Origin: Staphylococcus phage SpaA1
Sequence record: HE614281.1
Direction: 5' to 3' (one strand)
Length of the DNA stretch: 42,784 bases
Numbering within the stretch: position 1 is the first letter of the stretch; the number at the start of each line of letters is the position of its first letter. Shown here in pieces: positions 20,098 through 28,746 of this stretch. The position numbers and the translations under genes were made by a program. The notes under the pieces are model-generated. The model saw only the letters and a program-made list of their open reading frames with translations, was not told where the DNA came from and searched no databases.

Positions 20098-20379
20098 ATG
20101 ACAATTGAAGTAGGAGTACTTATCGCAATCGCGTCAGCATTGATAGGATATATGTCTTATTCACTGAATCGCTCGAAAGAGATTAAGTCAGATGGTAGAC
20201 AAGGGGCAGAAACAAACGCGAAATTGGAGTACATCAGTAAAGGAGTTGATGATATTCGGATTGATTTAAAGGCAAATGAAAAGCAAATGATTGTACTTGG
20301 AGAGCGTATTACAAGGGTTGAAGAGAGTGCCAAACAAGCGCATAAGCGCTTAGATAATGTAGAAAAGGAGATAGATTAG
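20098..20379 (+). CDS. BhlA/UviB-like holin-associated membrane protein
   Basis: 93 aa; single N-terminal transmembrane segment (IEVGVLIAIASALIGYMSY) followed by charged coiled coil; first gene of lysis cassette; RBS AAAAGGAGTGAAGAAATG. Confidence 0.5.
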   Translation: MTIEVGVLIAIASALIGYMSYSLNRSKEIKSDGRQGAETNAKLEYISKGVDDIRIDLKANEKQMIVLGERITRVEESAKQAHKRLDNVEKEID

Positions 20380-20381
20380 TT

Positions 20382-20594
20382 ATGAATCAATCAAAAGAAA
20401 ATATCAAAAAACGATTCCGCAACTGGAAAACATGGGTTGCGGTTTTTTCTTTGCTTGGATTTTTATTTACGAAATTTGGTGTGCCAGAAGCTAAGAGCTT
20501 TTTGGATGAATTAGCACCTTATTTGTTGACAGTAGGTATCGCATTGGGGATTTGGTCTGATCATGATGTAAATAGCGAAGGAGAGGATAAATAA
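20382..20594 (+). CDS. Holin (phage holin family 4 / SPP1-XhlB-like)
   Basis: 70 aa; two hydrophobic segments; charged C-terminus; immediately upstream of and overlapping the endolysin start (ATAATG). Confidence 0.7.
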   Translation: MNQSKENIKKRFRNWKTWVAVFSLLGFLFTKFGVPEAKSFLDELAPYLLTVGIALGIWSDHDVNSEGEDK

Positions 20595-21412
20595 TGGGTT
20601 ACACTGTAGATATTTCAAAATGGAATGGTGATATTAATTGGCCCGTGGCAAAACAATACATTGATTTCATTATCGCTCGTGTACAAGATGGTTCGAATTA
20701 TGTAGATCCATTATATAAGGGGTATGTACAAGCTATGAAGCAACATGGTATTCCTTTTGGTAACTATGCATTTTGTCGTTTCGTTTCTGAGAATGACGCA
20801 CGTGTAGAAGCTCGAGACTTCTGGAATCGTGGAGACAAGAGTGCAACAGTCTGGGTGGCTGATGTGGAAGTAAAAACAATGGATGATATGAGAGCCGGCA
20901 CGCAAGCGTTTATCGATGAACTACGCCGATTAGGTGCTCAAAAAGTCGGTTTATATGTTGGCCATCATATGTATGCTCCATTCGGAATGGCAAATGTAAA
21001 ATCTGACTTTGTATGGATTCCTCGATATGGCGGGAATAGACCAGCTTATCCATGTGATATTTGGCAATACACTGAAACAGGAAGTGTTCCTGGTATCGGA
21101 AAGTGTGATTTAAACAAATTAATTGGAAGCAAGTCGTTAGATTGGTTTACAAATAAATCGTATAAACAAGAAGGAGTGGAGATTATCGTGAACAAACATA
21201 ATAAGGTGATTACTTATGAATTTGGTGTAAATTTAATTCCAGAAATGATTCAAATGATGGATACGCTTGGATACACTTCAAAAATTGTTTCTCGTGGAGA
21301 TCGTCAGGGGCTTGTTTATTTTGAGTCGGATTATCGTCAAGGTAGCGAGCTAGATAAAGCAACAGCGTGGTTAGATGCTAAAGGACTTAAATACTTTTAT
21401 ACAAAAGAATAG
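20594..21412 (+). CDS. Endolysin: GH25 muramidase catalytic domain plus C-terminal cell-wall-binding domain
   Basis: N-terminus [16 protein letters not shown] and an acidic pattern typical of Glyco_hydro_25; C-terminal ~80 aa form a separate domain; last gene before a strong terminator. Confidence 0.85.
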   Translation: MGYTVDISKWNGDINWPVAKQYIDFIIARVQDGSNYVDPLYKGYVQAMKQHGIPFGNYAFCRFVSENDARVEARDFWNRGDKSATVWVADVEVKTMDDMRAGTQAFIDELRRLGAQKVGLYVGHHMYAPFGMANVKSDFVWIPRYGGNRPAYPCDIWQYTETGSVPGIGKCDLNKLIGSKSLDWFTNKSYKQEGVEIIVNKHNKVITYEFGVNLIPEMIQMMDTLGYTSKIVSRGDRQGLVYFESDYRQGSELDKATAWLDAKGLKYFYTKE

Positions 21413-21430
21413 TTTTATGAACAAAAATTA

Positions 21431-21460
21431 GAGCCGTCAAACGACGGCCCTTTTATTTCT
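21431..21460. terminator. Bidirectional rho-independent terminator closing the lysis operon (+) and the converging minus-strand gene
   Basis: GAGCCGTCAAACGACGGCCC hairpin followed by TTTTATTTCTT on plus; A/T-rich on both sides. Confidence 0.65.
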
Positions 21461-21782
21461 TCCATTCAACAAGAGTACGTTTGTTACATCTACGACAAAC
21501 AAATCCCTCAGCTTTATGTACAACAGGTTGTTTTTTGTTGCAGTTTGGGCATTTTACAAGTTGCTTACCTAAAGCTGAATATATAAAGAGCGCAGAAAAG
21601 AATGTTAAACCTAAACCTGGTAAAATTCCAATTATGGTAAAGCATAACACTACTGAAATTAATAAACCGAAAGATCCAATTAAAAAATATATAACTCTCT
21701 TCAACTGATTAGCTGTAGAACTTTTCTTTTCTTCTAATTCAATAATGAATGATTCCCCATCAGCTGTTTTTCGTAACTCCAT
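21453..21782 (-). CDS. Membrane protein with two transmembrane segments and C-terminal CxxC...CxxC zinc ribbon; accessory (moron-like)
   Basis: 109 aa; hydrophobic stretch VIYFLIGSFGLLISVVLCFTIIGILPGLGLTFFSALFIY; CPNC...CRRC motif; opposite strand to flanking phage modules. Confidence 0.5.
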   Translation of the reverse strand: MELRKTADGESFIIELEEKKSSTANQLKRVIYFLIGSFGLLISVVLCFTIIGILPGLGLTFFSALFIYSALGKQLVKCPNCNKKQPVVHKAEGFVCRRCNKRTLVEWKK

Positions 21783-21850
21783 AAAACCGCCCCCTTAAAT
21801 TAATTAAATCATACCAATTTAAGAAGAAAATTGTAAGATTCTTTTTCTAA

Positions 21851-22072
21851 TTACATCCAGAAATCATTTTCATCTATATTTTTTCCTAACTTCTTCAAAC
21901 CTCTAACAATTTGAGATATTGTAGAGTATTTGGGTTTGTATTTTGTATCACTACATAATCTAGATATAGTGCCTGTACTTAATTTTGATTTTTTTTCAAG
22001 TTCAATTTGTTGAATTCCCTGCCTATCTAACCATTTCCCGAATTTACTACGCTTTTTTCCTAAACCGAACAT
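21851..22072 (-). CDS. Small XRE-family HTH DNA-binding protein
   Basis: 73 aa; helix-turn-helix LSTGTISRLCSD...STISQIVRGL; transcribed divergently from the repeat array at 22165-22325. Confidence 0.5.
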   Translation of the reverse strand: MFGLGKKRSKFGKWLDRQGIQQIELEKKSKLSTGTISRLCSDTKYKPKYSTISQIVRGLKKLGKNIDENDFWM

Positions 22073-22164
22073 TTAAACTCACCTCATCAACAGAATGACC
22101 AATTCCTCAAATTTTTAAACTTAGAAAAAATTTTGAGAAATTGTCCGAGCCCACCCTAATATGA

Positions 22165-22325
22165 TGTACCAAGGTAGTTACCACGGTAAGAGAAGTTCCA
22201 GTTACCAAAGTAGCTATCAAGGTAGGAACAGATGATTTTACCATGGTAGGTATCATGGTAAGTTTTAGATTTCTACCACGGTAGCTACCAGGGTTCCTAT
22301 CAAGGTAACGCTACCATGGTAATGA
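22165..22325. repeat. Array of 10 copies of a 10-bp near-palindromic motif TAYCANGGTA arranged as 5 doublets with ~35-37 bp periodicity
   Basis: Motif copies at approximately 22168, 22180, 22203, 22215, 22240, 22252, 22275, 22287, 22299 and 22313: TACCAAGGTA, TACCACGGTA, TACCAAAGTA, TATCAAGGTA, TACCATGGTA, TATCATGGTA, TACCACGGTA, TACCAGGGTT, TATCAAGGTA, TACCATGGTA. The array lies between the divergent HTH gene and the FtsK-like operon. Confidence 0.75.
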
Positions 22326-22383
22326 GTGTGTGAAGCGTTACTTTATCTAGATTTTATATTCTGTTTATAGAGGGGCGAAAGAA

Positions 22384-22515
22384 ATGAACATCAAGATGGC
22401 AGCATCAGAAGAAATTTGTGAGTATTGTAAATGTTTATTATCCGATTGGTTGTTTTGGAGATGGAATGGAAAAAAGTATTGCTCAGAGTCTTGTGCGGAA
22501 TACGATAAAAAATAA
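22384..22515 (+). CDS. Small Cys-rich (zinc-binding?) protein
   Basis: 43-aa ORF MNIKMAASEEICEYCKCLLSD...CSESCAEYDKK with RBS AGAGGGGCGAAAGAAATG; below the ORF-track size cutoff. Confidence 0.35.
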   Translation: MNIKMAASEEICEYCKCLLSDWLFWRWNGKKYCSESCAEYDKK

Positions 22516-22534
22516 ATGACGAGGAGTGGAGTCT

Positions 22535-22855
22535 ATGTTTACAAGAAAGCAAGTCATCCCTTTTCGTTCATTTATGGATGGATCATACAAAATGAAAGAG
22601 CAGAAAATACAAAGATATCATTCATTAAGTCCGTTAGCATTTGTTCATATGTCGGATTCTATTTTAAATACGTATCTGGCATTAGGGATAATGGGAACGG
22701 CTTTAACTGGGGCAGTCATGTTAGAAAGATATCTTGTACGAAATGATTATGTATCAGCGGCTAAATTATTATCCAATGGGATTCATTATGGCGTGAAAAT
22801 TGGTGGAGTGGGATTCATTACCTATGTATTTGTTCGAATTGTAATTATGTTCTAG
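22535..22855 (+). CDS. Small membrane protein (two hydrophobic segments)
   Basis: ATG at 22535 after GAGGAG; hydrophobic segments LALGIMGTALTGAVML and IGGVGFITYVFVRIVIMF; immediately upstream of FtsK-like gene. Confidence 0.45.
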   Translation: MFTRKQVIPFRSFMDGSYKMKEQKIQRYHSLSPLAFVHMSDSILNTYLALGIMGTALTGAVMLERYLVRNDYVSAAKLLSNGIHYGVKIGGVGFITYVFVRIVIMF

Positions 22856-22865
22856 GAGGCTTGTC

Positions 22866-24032
22866 ATGGGAATCATAAAAGAATGGCTTCATAAGAGGTC
22901 TTTAAAGCACCAGATTATTGAGGTGTTCCAAAAGGCAGGTTTATATACGGAACATCAAACACGTGGAGGGAAAATCCCAATTTATCCAAAGGTTCATGCT
23001 GTTTTTTCTTCAAACGAAAGCGTGAAATATGTATTTACTATCCCCAACGGATTAGATCCAAAGACAATTGAAAAGAAATGGTTTTGCTTTCAACAAATAT
23101 TTGGACGGAATGTAGCAATTGAGGGAGATATTAAAAAGTTTGTGCTCAATGTATTTCATTCTGATTGTGGTTTGAAACAATACAACTACAGTTATAAGCA
23201 ATGGCAGCCATTCATAAAAGAATGCCGTCTTCCTATTGTAGTAGGGCGTGACCAGTTTGGAAACATGCTTGTTTATGATATGGTAAACCCCAATACACCC
23301 CATTTACTCATTGCAGGAGAAACAGGTAGCGGAAAAAGTAGCATGGTACGTGTTGTACTATCTACACTCATTCAATGCGTGTCTCCTGATAAATTATATT
23401 TGTACCTAGGCGACTTGAAAAATTCTGAATTTCATTTCTTGCGTAGAGTAAAACATGTGAAAGAAGTGTGCATGGAAGAAATTGAAATGAAAGTCATGCT
23501 TCATAAGGTTTGGAATGAAATCAGGGAACGCAGAAAGCTCATGGAAGAATATGAAGTGGATCACATTGATGAGTACAATAAATTAAATCCTGATAAACAG
23601 AAACCCTATATTCTGTTAGCTATTGATGAAGTAGCGATGCTACAAGATGAAAAAGAATGTATGACGACAATAGAAAAAATATCGGCAGTTGGTCGGGCAC
23701 TAGGCGTATTCCTCATGCTATCTATGCAAAGACCAGATGCAAAGGTGTTAGATGGTAAGTTAAAGCTAAATATGACGGTTAGAATGGGCTTTAAATGCGA
23801 TAACACAATTAATAGTAATATTATGGGTACATCTGGATCAGAACACTTAGAACAATCTGGCCAAATGATTTTAAAGTTAAATGGATTAAAGAAAGTGCAA
23901 GCTCCTTATTTAGAACTTAATAAAGCAAAGCAAATAGTTGAACCTTACCGTTTACTCAAAGAAGATATAACGTTTCAGAATTCGCTACAACAAGAACTTC
24001 CTTTGTTTGGAGTGTTGGAACATGAAGAGTAG
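22866..24032 (+). CDS. FtsK/SpoIIIE-family DNA translocase-like ATPase (TraB/Tra-like single-protein DNA transfer or segregation ATPase)
   Basis: 388 aa; Walker A LLIAGETGSGKSS; Walker B LLAIDEVAML; spacing and size typical of FtsK-like Tra proteins of small Gram-positive integrative elements and plasmids. Confidence 0.8.
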   Translation: MGIIKEWLHKRSLKHQIIEVFQKAGLYTEHQTRGGKIPIYPKVHAVFSSNESVKYVFTIPNGLDPKTIEKKWFCFQQIFGRNVAIEGDIKKFVLNVFHSDCGLKQYNYSYKQWQPFIKECRLPIVVGRDQFGNMLVYDMVNPNTPHLLIAGETGSGKSSMVRVVLSTLIQCVSPDKLYLYLGDLKNSEFHFLRRVKHVKEVCMEEIEMKVMLHKVWNEIRERRKLMEEYEVDHIDEYNKLNPDKQKPYILLAIDEVAMLQDEKECMTTIEKISAVGRALGVFLMLSMQRPDAKVLDGKLKLNMTVRMGFKCDNTINSNIMGTSGSEHLEQSGQMILKLNGLKKVQAPYLELNKAKQIVEPYRLLKEDITFQNSLQQELPLFGVLEHEE

Positions 24033-24630
24033 AGATAAAGCGATTATAAAAGACTTATGCCGCTTTAGATGCCTATCACGAGATGATATTATCGATTTGC
24101 ATTTCCAAGGACTCAAGAAAGCTGTGACCAGTTGCAATACGGTTATGAAACGATTAAGTCGAGATGGGAGTGTGGAAGTAAATGTGTTACAGAAACCATA
24201 TATCTACTTTCCACAACCGAGTCCGATTCGAAAAACAAGTCAAAAGATTCCGCACTTCCTTGCTATTGTGAATGTATATAAGCAACTTCTTCAGTACGAA
24301 AAGCCTAAATTGTTTAAAGTCGAGCCGAAGTATGGTAAAGCATATATGGAGCCAGACATATTTGCAATTTGGCGACAATCTCCATTTTTCATAGAAGTGC
24401 AGAATTCGGTATACAGTAAGAAAGTAATGCAAGAGAAATTAAACCGATATGAATTTTACTTTCATAGTTTGGAATGGCAACAAGAACCATGGCAACCCAA
24501 GAAATCGAAATACTTCCCTTCTCTTCTGGTAATTACCGATAGCCAGTATGACATCTCCTCTTCAAATTTTCGCATATTTCAAGCTAAATCCATTCACGAT
24601 TTCATGAATCAAATGGTTGTTAAGACATAA
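24007..24630 (+). CDS. Replication-relaxation-like family protein (putative winged-helix DNA-binding protein)
   Basis: 207 aa overlapping the FtsK-like gene by 26 nt; positively charged N-terminal region; gene pairing typical of FtsK-like plus replication-relaxation partners; assignment from composition and context only. Confidence 0.35.
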   Translation: MECWNMKSRDKAIIKDLCRFRCLSRDDIIDLHFQGLKKAVTSCNTVMKRLSRDGSVEVNVLQKPYIYFPQPSPIRKTSQKIPHFLAIVNVYKQLLQYEKPKLFKVEPKYGKAYMEPDIFAIWRQSPFFIEVQNSVYSKKVMQEKLNRYEFYFHSLEWQQEPWQPKKSKYFPSLLVITDSQYDISSSNFRIFQAKSIHDFMNQMVVKT

Positions 24631-24634
24631 CAAG

Positions 24635-25516
24635 TTAACCATCAATAAATTCTTTGAAAAAAGCTAGTCCATTATATTTATTTGCCTTACGATTTGCAAG
24701 GTTATGTATCTCTCTAAAGCTATCAATGTAGTTATAGACGATTTTTTTGAACGTTCGAGTAAAGTATCCAATAGGATTTTTCATCGATTTTCCATTATGC
24801 TCGTACTTATGTGTTTTAAAGTACAAAACAGAAGAAGCATTTGCAAGAAGGGTGTGAAATACATCTGTATCTGCTAATAAATTAAATTGTTTTGCAGCCT
24901 TCTTTGCAATGTTTCTGGCATTTTTGAAAGATTCATTAATCACATTGGGTGAAAAAGCAGTTTGTAATTCCATACGCATAGATTGTGGCACACGATAATC
25001 GATGAAGTCTAAATCATGTTGAAAAGATTGCGAAACTTCTTCTTTACGTTTATTTATATCTTTTATCTTTTGTTTTAAGGTTTTTGTAGTTGTTTTCTTG
25101 GTGTGACAAATTTCCACAGTTTTAGTAGGGGCTTCTGTGACAAGTTGTTCTTCCGTAATAATTGGCTGAATAATGATTATATTACTCGTTTGTCTCATGT
25201 CACTCTTACGTTTCATTTCCAGTTGCTTAATAATGCCAAGTGATTCTAAGTAGTGGCATGCACGGATAACAGTTCTACGGCTAATATCAAGATCTTCGGC
25301 AATGTGTTTTTTCGTTCTGAAAGATACACCAAGAAATTTAGAAGAATAATTGTGTAATTTATTTAATACAGCTAATTGATTTTTATTTAATTGGTCAGCA
25401 AATTGCTTTTTATATGCACGTACAGTGTCATTTAATTCCTTGAGAGTTTGAAAAGATACTAAGTTTTCGTATGTTTCTGTACTAGCAAGAATAGTAATTG
25501 CTTGTTTCTTTTTCAT
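24635..25516 (-). CDS. HTH-containing protein, putative plasmid-type replication initiator (Rep-like)
   Basis: 293 aa; HTH KHIAEDLDISRRTVIRACHYLESLGII; K-rich linker; adjacent to integrase and FtsK-like gene as in Rep-Tra-Int modules. Confidence 0.35.
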   Translation of the reverse strand: MKKKQAITILASTETYENLVSFQTLKELNDTVRAYKKQFADQLNKNQLAVLNKLHNYSSKFLGVSFRTKKHIAEDLDISRRTVIRACHYLESLGIIKQLEMKRKSDMRQTSNIIIIQPIITEEQLVTEAPTKTVEICHTKKTTTKTLKQKIKDINKRKEEVSQSFQHDLDFIDYRVPQSMRMELQTAFSPNVINESFKNARNIAKKAAKQFNLLADTDVFHTLLANASSVLYFKTHKYEHNGKSMKNPIGYFTRTFKKIVYNYIDSFREIHNLANRKANKYNGLAFFKEFIDG

Positions 25517-25659
25517 AAGGGCTCGTCTCCTTTAAAAGTAAAAAAGCAACAGTATGCCACAAAATGTAAGCAAACTGTTGCGGAGGAACCCTTATGTACG
25601 ATAAAATAAGGTACATAAAGAGTTACAGCAAGTGTTTGCCTAGTTACGTTAGGCGGACG

Positions 25660-25689
25660 GTTAATAAAGTGTTCCACCACTTTATTAAC
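25660..25689. repeat. Perfect 12-bp inverted repeat with 6-bp spacer (GTTAATAAAGTG-TTCCAC-CACTTTATTAAC) downstream of integrase 3' end; candidate attP core or operator
   Basis: Read directly from the sequence; it sits in the 373-bp non-coding region between the Rep-like and integrase genes. Confidence 0.5.
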
Positions 25690-25889
25690 ACGCTGTGCTC
25701 TTTTATTTTTTTATTAGTTTAATTTCTATTTTTTCGGTAACGAATATGGTCACAAACAACCAGAAAAGTGTTGCCATTTATATTTTTTGATGTAGCGTAA
25801 AACTGCTTAATATAGATGTTTTGTGCGCTTTTTGGAAATTAAAGTTTTATATATCAATGATTACTCTGATCATTGCGAATTGCATGATA

Positions 25890-26990
25890 TCAACTCTTTA
25901 AAGGGCGTAGGTCACGAATTGGTAACGAAAATGATAAATCTTGTTCCATAAATGCAACCACTTCTGCTTGTTTTGACGGATATAAATGACTATATGTATT
26001 TAACGTCGTTGACACATCCGAATGTCCTAGGCGCTGGGCTACCACAAGTGGACTGACACCTCTATTTATTAAATAAGATGCATGGGAATGTCGAAATTCA
26101 TGAAGTAGAATTTTTGGTATTCCAGAAGCAACAACATATTTGGCAAAACGTTTATGAAGGGTAGCTGTCGCTATACTTGTGTAAAATTCACCAAATACAA
26201 TATAATCATTTTTTATCGGTGCTCCTAATGTAGCATGTTCTTTTAATGTTTTCAATAAGTCTATGACAAGAGACGGTAGCATAATAATACGATTTGATGC
26301 TTTGGTTTTGGGTTTTGTAACTTGTCTGTTATAGTTGGTTTTATTAATATTAATTGATTTTTCTTCAAAGTTAATATCTTCCCATGTTAATGCTAGCAAT
26401 TCGCCAGTTCTTGCCCCGCTATAATAAAGAGTCGTAAAAAAGGCTTGATACAGTAAATCATCTACTACATGAATGAATTGTTTAAACTCATCAAACTCCC
26501 AAAAGTTTAATCGTTTATTCGATTCTTTTTCAAAGTTGCCAGCAATTTTTGCTGGATTACTTGTGAGACCAAAAAACTTTATTGCGAAATTAAAAATTGA
26601 GGACAGTACGGTATGAATCTTTTTCAAATAAACAGCTGAATACTTATGAATAATTTCGTTTTGGTAGATCATGATATGCTTAGCAGTTATGTTGTTAATT
26701 TTTGATTTCCCGAATTTTTTTAGTAAATGATTTTCAAGGATGGCTTTAATTGTGTTAATTGAAGACTGTTTTCTTCTCTGGCAATACCAATCAAAATAGC
26801 TATCAGCAACTTGAGCAAAAGTTAAACTTGAAGTTGTTTCTTTTTCCACTAACATTTTGGCTTCCGCTTCACGAGCTTCTTTTTTTGTTTTAAATCCACG
26901 ACGTTTTACTTGTTTTTGAGTGCCATCAAACTGACGGACTCTGACAACGAAGAAATATGTTCCGCGTTCTTTATCTTTGTAGACCACCAT
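25890..26990 (-). CDS. int: Tyrosine integrase (phage integrase family with N-terminal arm-type DNA-binding domain)
   Basis: 366 aa; N-terminal arm-binding-like domain; catalytic region with R, HEFRHSHASYL (His-x-x-Arg), and Tyr in LNTYSHLY. Confidence 0.9.
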   Translation of the reverse strand: MVVYKDKERGTYFFVVRVRQFDGTQKQVKRRGFKTKKEAREAEAKMLVEKETTSSLTFAQVADSYFDWYCQRRKQSSINTIKAILENHLLKKFGKSKINNITAKHIMIYQNEIIHKYSAVYLKKIHTVLSSIFNFAIKFFGLTSNPAKIAGNFEKESNKRLNFWEFDEFKQFIHVVDDLLYQAFFTTLYYSGARTGELLALTWEDINFEEKSININKTNYNRQVTKPKTKASNRIIMLPSLVIDLLKTLKEHATLGAPIKNDYIVFGEFYTSIATATLHKRFAKYVVASGIPKILLHEFRHSHASYLINRGVSPLVVAQRLGHSDVSTTLNTYSHLYPSKQAEVVAFMEQDLSFSLPIRDLRPLKS

Positions 26991-27507
26991 AGAAAATCCT
27001 CCTGCATATATAAAGATTGATAATTCGATTTATTGAGTAGATTATAACTTGTTTGTTACCAAAAGAAAAGATGTCCTAATCAGAACATCTTAAGATTGAT
27101 AAAAAAATAAATTGGCTGGTTAAACATATATTAGAGTGGCTGGTTCTAAATATAACCATATATGTTAGAAAGTTACGAATTCAGAGTTTTGAAAATGATT
27201 GTTGGTTTTTCAGTTAAACAATTGTTGAGAAAGTTTCCTGAATGCTGATTCACATATGTATACGTGTTATAATAATTGTGTATATGTTTCACGATAAACT
27301 CAGTAATACCAAGGGTTTATCAAACTGAAAAATAATAATTGAACATAAATAAAGACCCATAGAAGCGTGTGTAAGAGGTGCGAGCTGAAAATTCCTCTTA
27401 CACCGTTTACCTAACCATCGCTTAGGAAACAACTGCCCCGTATGAGTCAATCTTAGTATATCATGTTTCCAAAATATTACCATTGAGAAAGTTAGGATGG
27501 AGGATTT

Positions 27508-28746
27508 ATGTTTGGAGAAGGGGGAGTTTTTATGTGTTTTCGTAAAAAAATATGTGATTTAATCGAAGACAGGGACGATCTAAACTTTACAGATGTCGCA
27601 AATAAAATGGGTGTTTCAAAACAATATTTACAAAAGTTTAAAAATCAAGGTAACATCAGTTTTCCTAATTTACTGAGATTGGCTTCAGTTGTAAGTACAA
27701 AAAGTGAAGAGCTTTCAATGTTTTTACATGAGTGGTGCGTAGAATTAGATAGTACAGAAGCCATTAAGCATAGTTTTGAATATGCAGCATTGGTTCGTGA
27801 TAAGGTTTTATTGAATAAATTACTAGAAAAACACAAAAATGAATCTGGTACAGTTGCAGAGTATGTAAATGTTTATGGAGTATTATATAAGTATATGAAT
27901 GATGAAATTTCAGGTACTGAAATTATTAAGTGCTTAAAGATGTATAACCGTCCTTCTGATAACATGTTAAATATTTTGATTGATATTATGAAATGTTACG
28001 ATTATTATCATCAAAAGAAATTCAATGCAATGTTTGATTTGGTTGACGAAATTGAGAAAGAGTTAATCTCAATTGATGAGAGTGATCGTAAAATGTTTCT
28101 TAAGGAATGTTATATGTATCGACTTGCAGAAGTGTTTTCCCCGCTTAATCTACAAAGAAAAAATTTAGAGTCTTCAAGATATTATGCCAAGTTATTAATA
28201 GAAGCAAATCTATGTACAAAAACTGTTTCAGATGCTTTATATTTATTGGGGATGTCATATTTAATTGATGATGAGGAACTTTGTTTAGAGTATTTACAGG
28301 AAAGTTATAATTTATCCAAAAAAGTAAATGACGCTTCAATTGAAGCAGCAGCGCGTTATAATTTAGATGTTGTCAAAATGTATTTAAACCTTAGTTTGCC
28401 ATTAGATTCAGATGTACGTTTAATCAATTTTCAAAATAATCCCACAGATGAAGATTCACGAGATGGATTAAAAGAAATTTTAAAGTCAAATGGAGAAAGA
28501 GATTTTTTAAGACTTTTTCTAGCAATCACTGATACAGAGCCTAACAGAATATACGAATGTTTTAAAGAATTTCTTGTTCAATCGAACTACCTCTTTGTAA
28601 GTTTAGTAGCTAAAGAAATAAATAGAAGAGGGGATAATTCCTTGCTAGTACAGCAAATGATTGATTATAATATGGATAAAGGAGTGGATGAAAATGAAAA
28701 AATTTACTTTAGTACTTTGCGCCTTTTCAATGTTAGCTGTGAGTAG
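27508..28746 (+). CDS. RNPP-family HTH plus TPR-like receptor, AimR-like (arbitrium-type) transcriptional regulator
   Basis: 412 aa; N-terminal HTH FTDVANKMGVSKQYLQKFKNQGNISFPNLLRLASVV; remainder helical repeat-rich; immediately followed by overlapping signal-peptide mini-ORF; alternative start ATG 27532 after GAAGGGGGAG. Confidence 0.6.
   Translation: MFGEGGVFMCFRKKICDLIEDRDDLNFTDVANKMGVSKQYLQKFKNQGNISFPNLLRLASVVSTKSEELSMFLHEWCVELDSTEAIKHSFEYAALVRDKVLLNKLLEKHKNESGTVAEYVNVYGVLYKYMNDEISGTEIIKCLKMYNRPSDNMLNILIDIMKCYDYYHQKKFNAMFDLVDEIEKELISIDESDRKMFLKECYMYRLAEVFSPLNLQRKNLESSRYYAKLLIEANLCTKTVSDALYLLGMSYLIDDEELCLEYLQESYNLSKKVNDASIEAAARYNLDVVKMYLNLSLPLDSDVRLINFQNNPTDEDSRDGLKEILKSNGERDFLRLFLAITDTEPNRIYECFKEFLVQSNYLFVSLVAKEINRRGDNSLLVQQMIDYNMDKGVDENEKIYFSTLRLFNVSCE

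Noticed and set aside
20098-20379. Initial call as XhlA-type haemolysin-like protein
   Set aside because: XhlA has its transmembrane segment at the C-terminus. This protein has an N-terminal transmembrane segment plus C-terminal coiled coil, fitting the BhlA/UviB-type architecture instead.
21481-21708. 75-aa plus-strand ORF overlapping the minus-strand membrane protein gene
   Set aside because: It lies fully inside and antisense to a better-supported ORF, downstream of a strong terminator, with no RBS.
22165-22325. Possible CRISPR array suggested by regularly spaced repeats
   Set aside because: Repeat units are only 10 bp, arranged in doublets with 12-bp and ~24-bp gaps rather than 25-40-bp repeats separated by unique spacers. 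No cas genes or leader are present, so it is better explained as a protein-binding repeat array.
28688-28693. Alternative AimP-like start at ATG 28688
   Set aside because: It lies only 3 nt from the GGAG motif, too close for a functional RBS. ATG 28694, with 9-nt spacing, is preferred.
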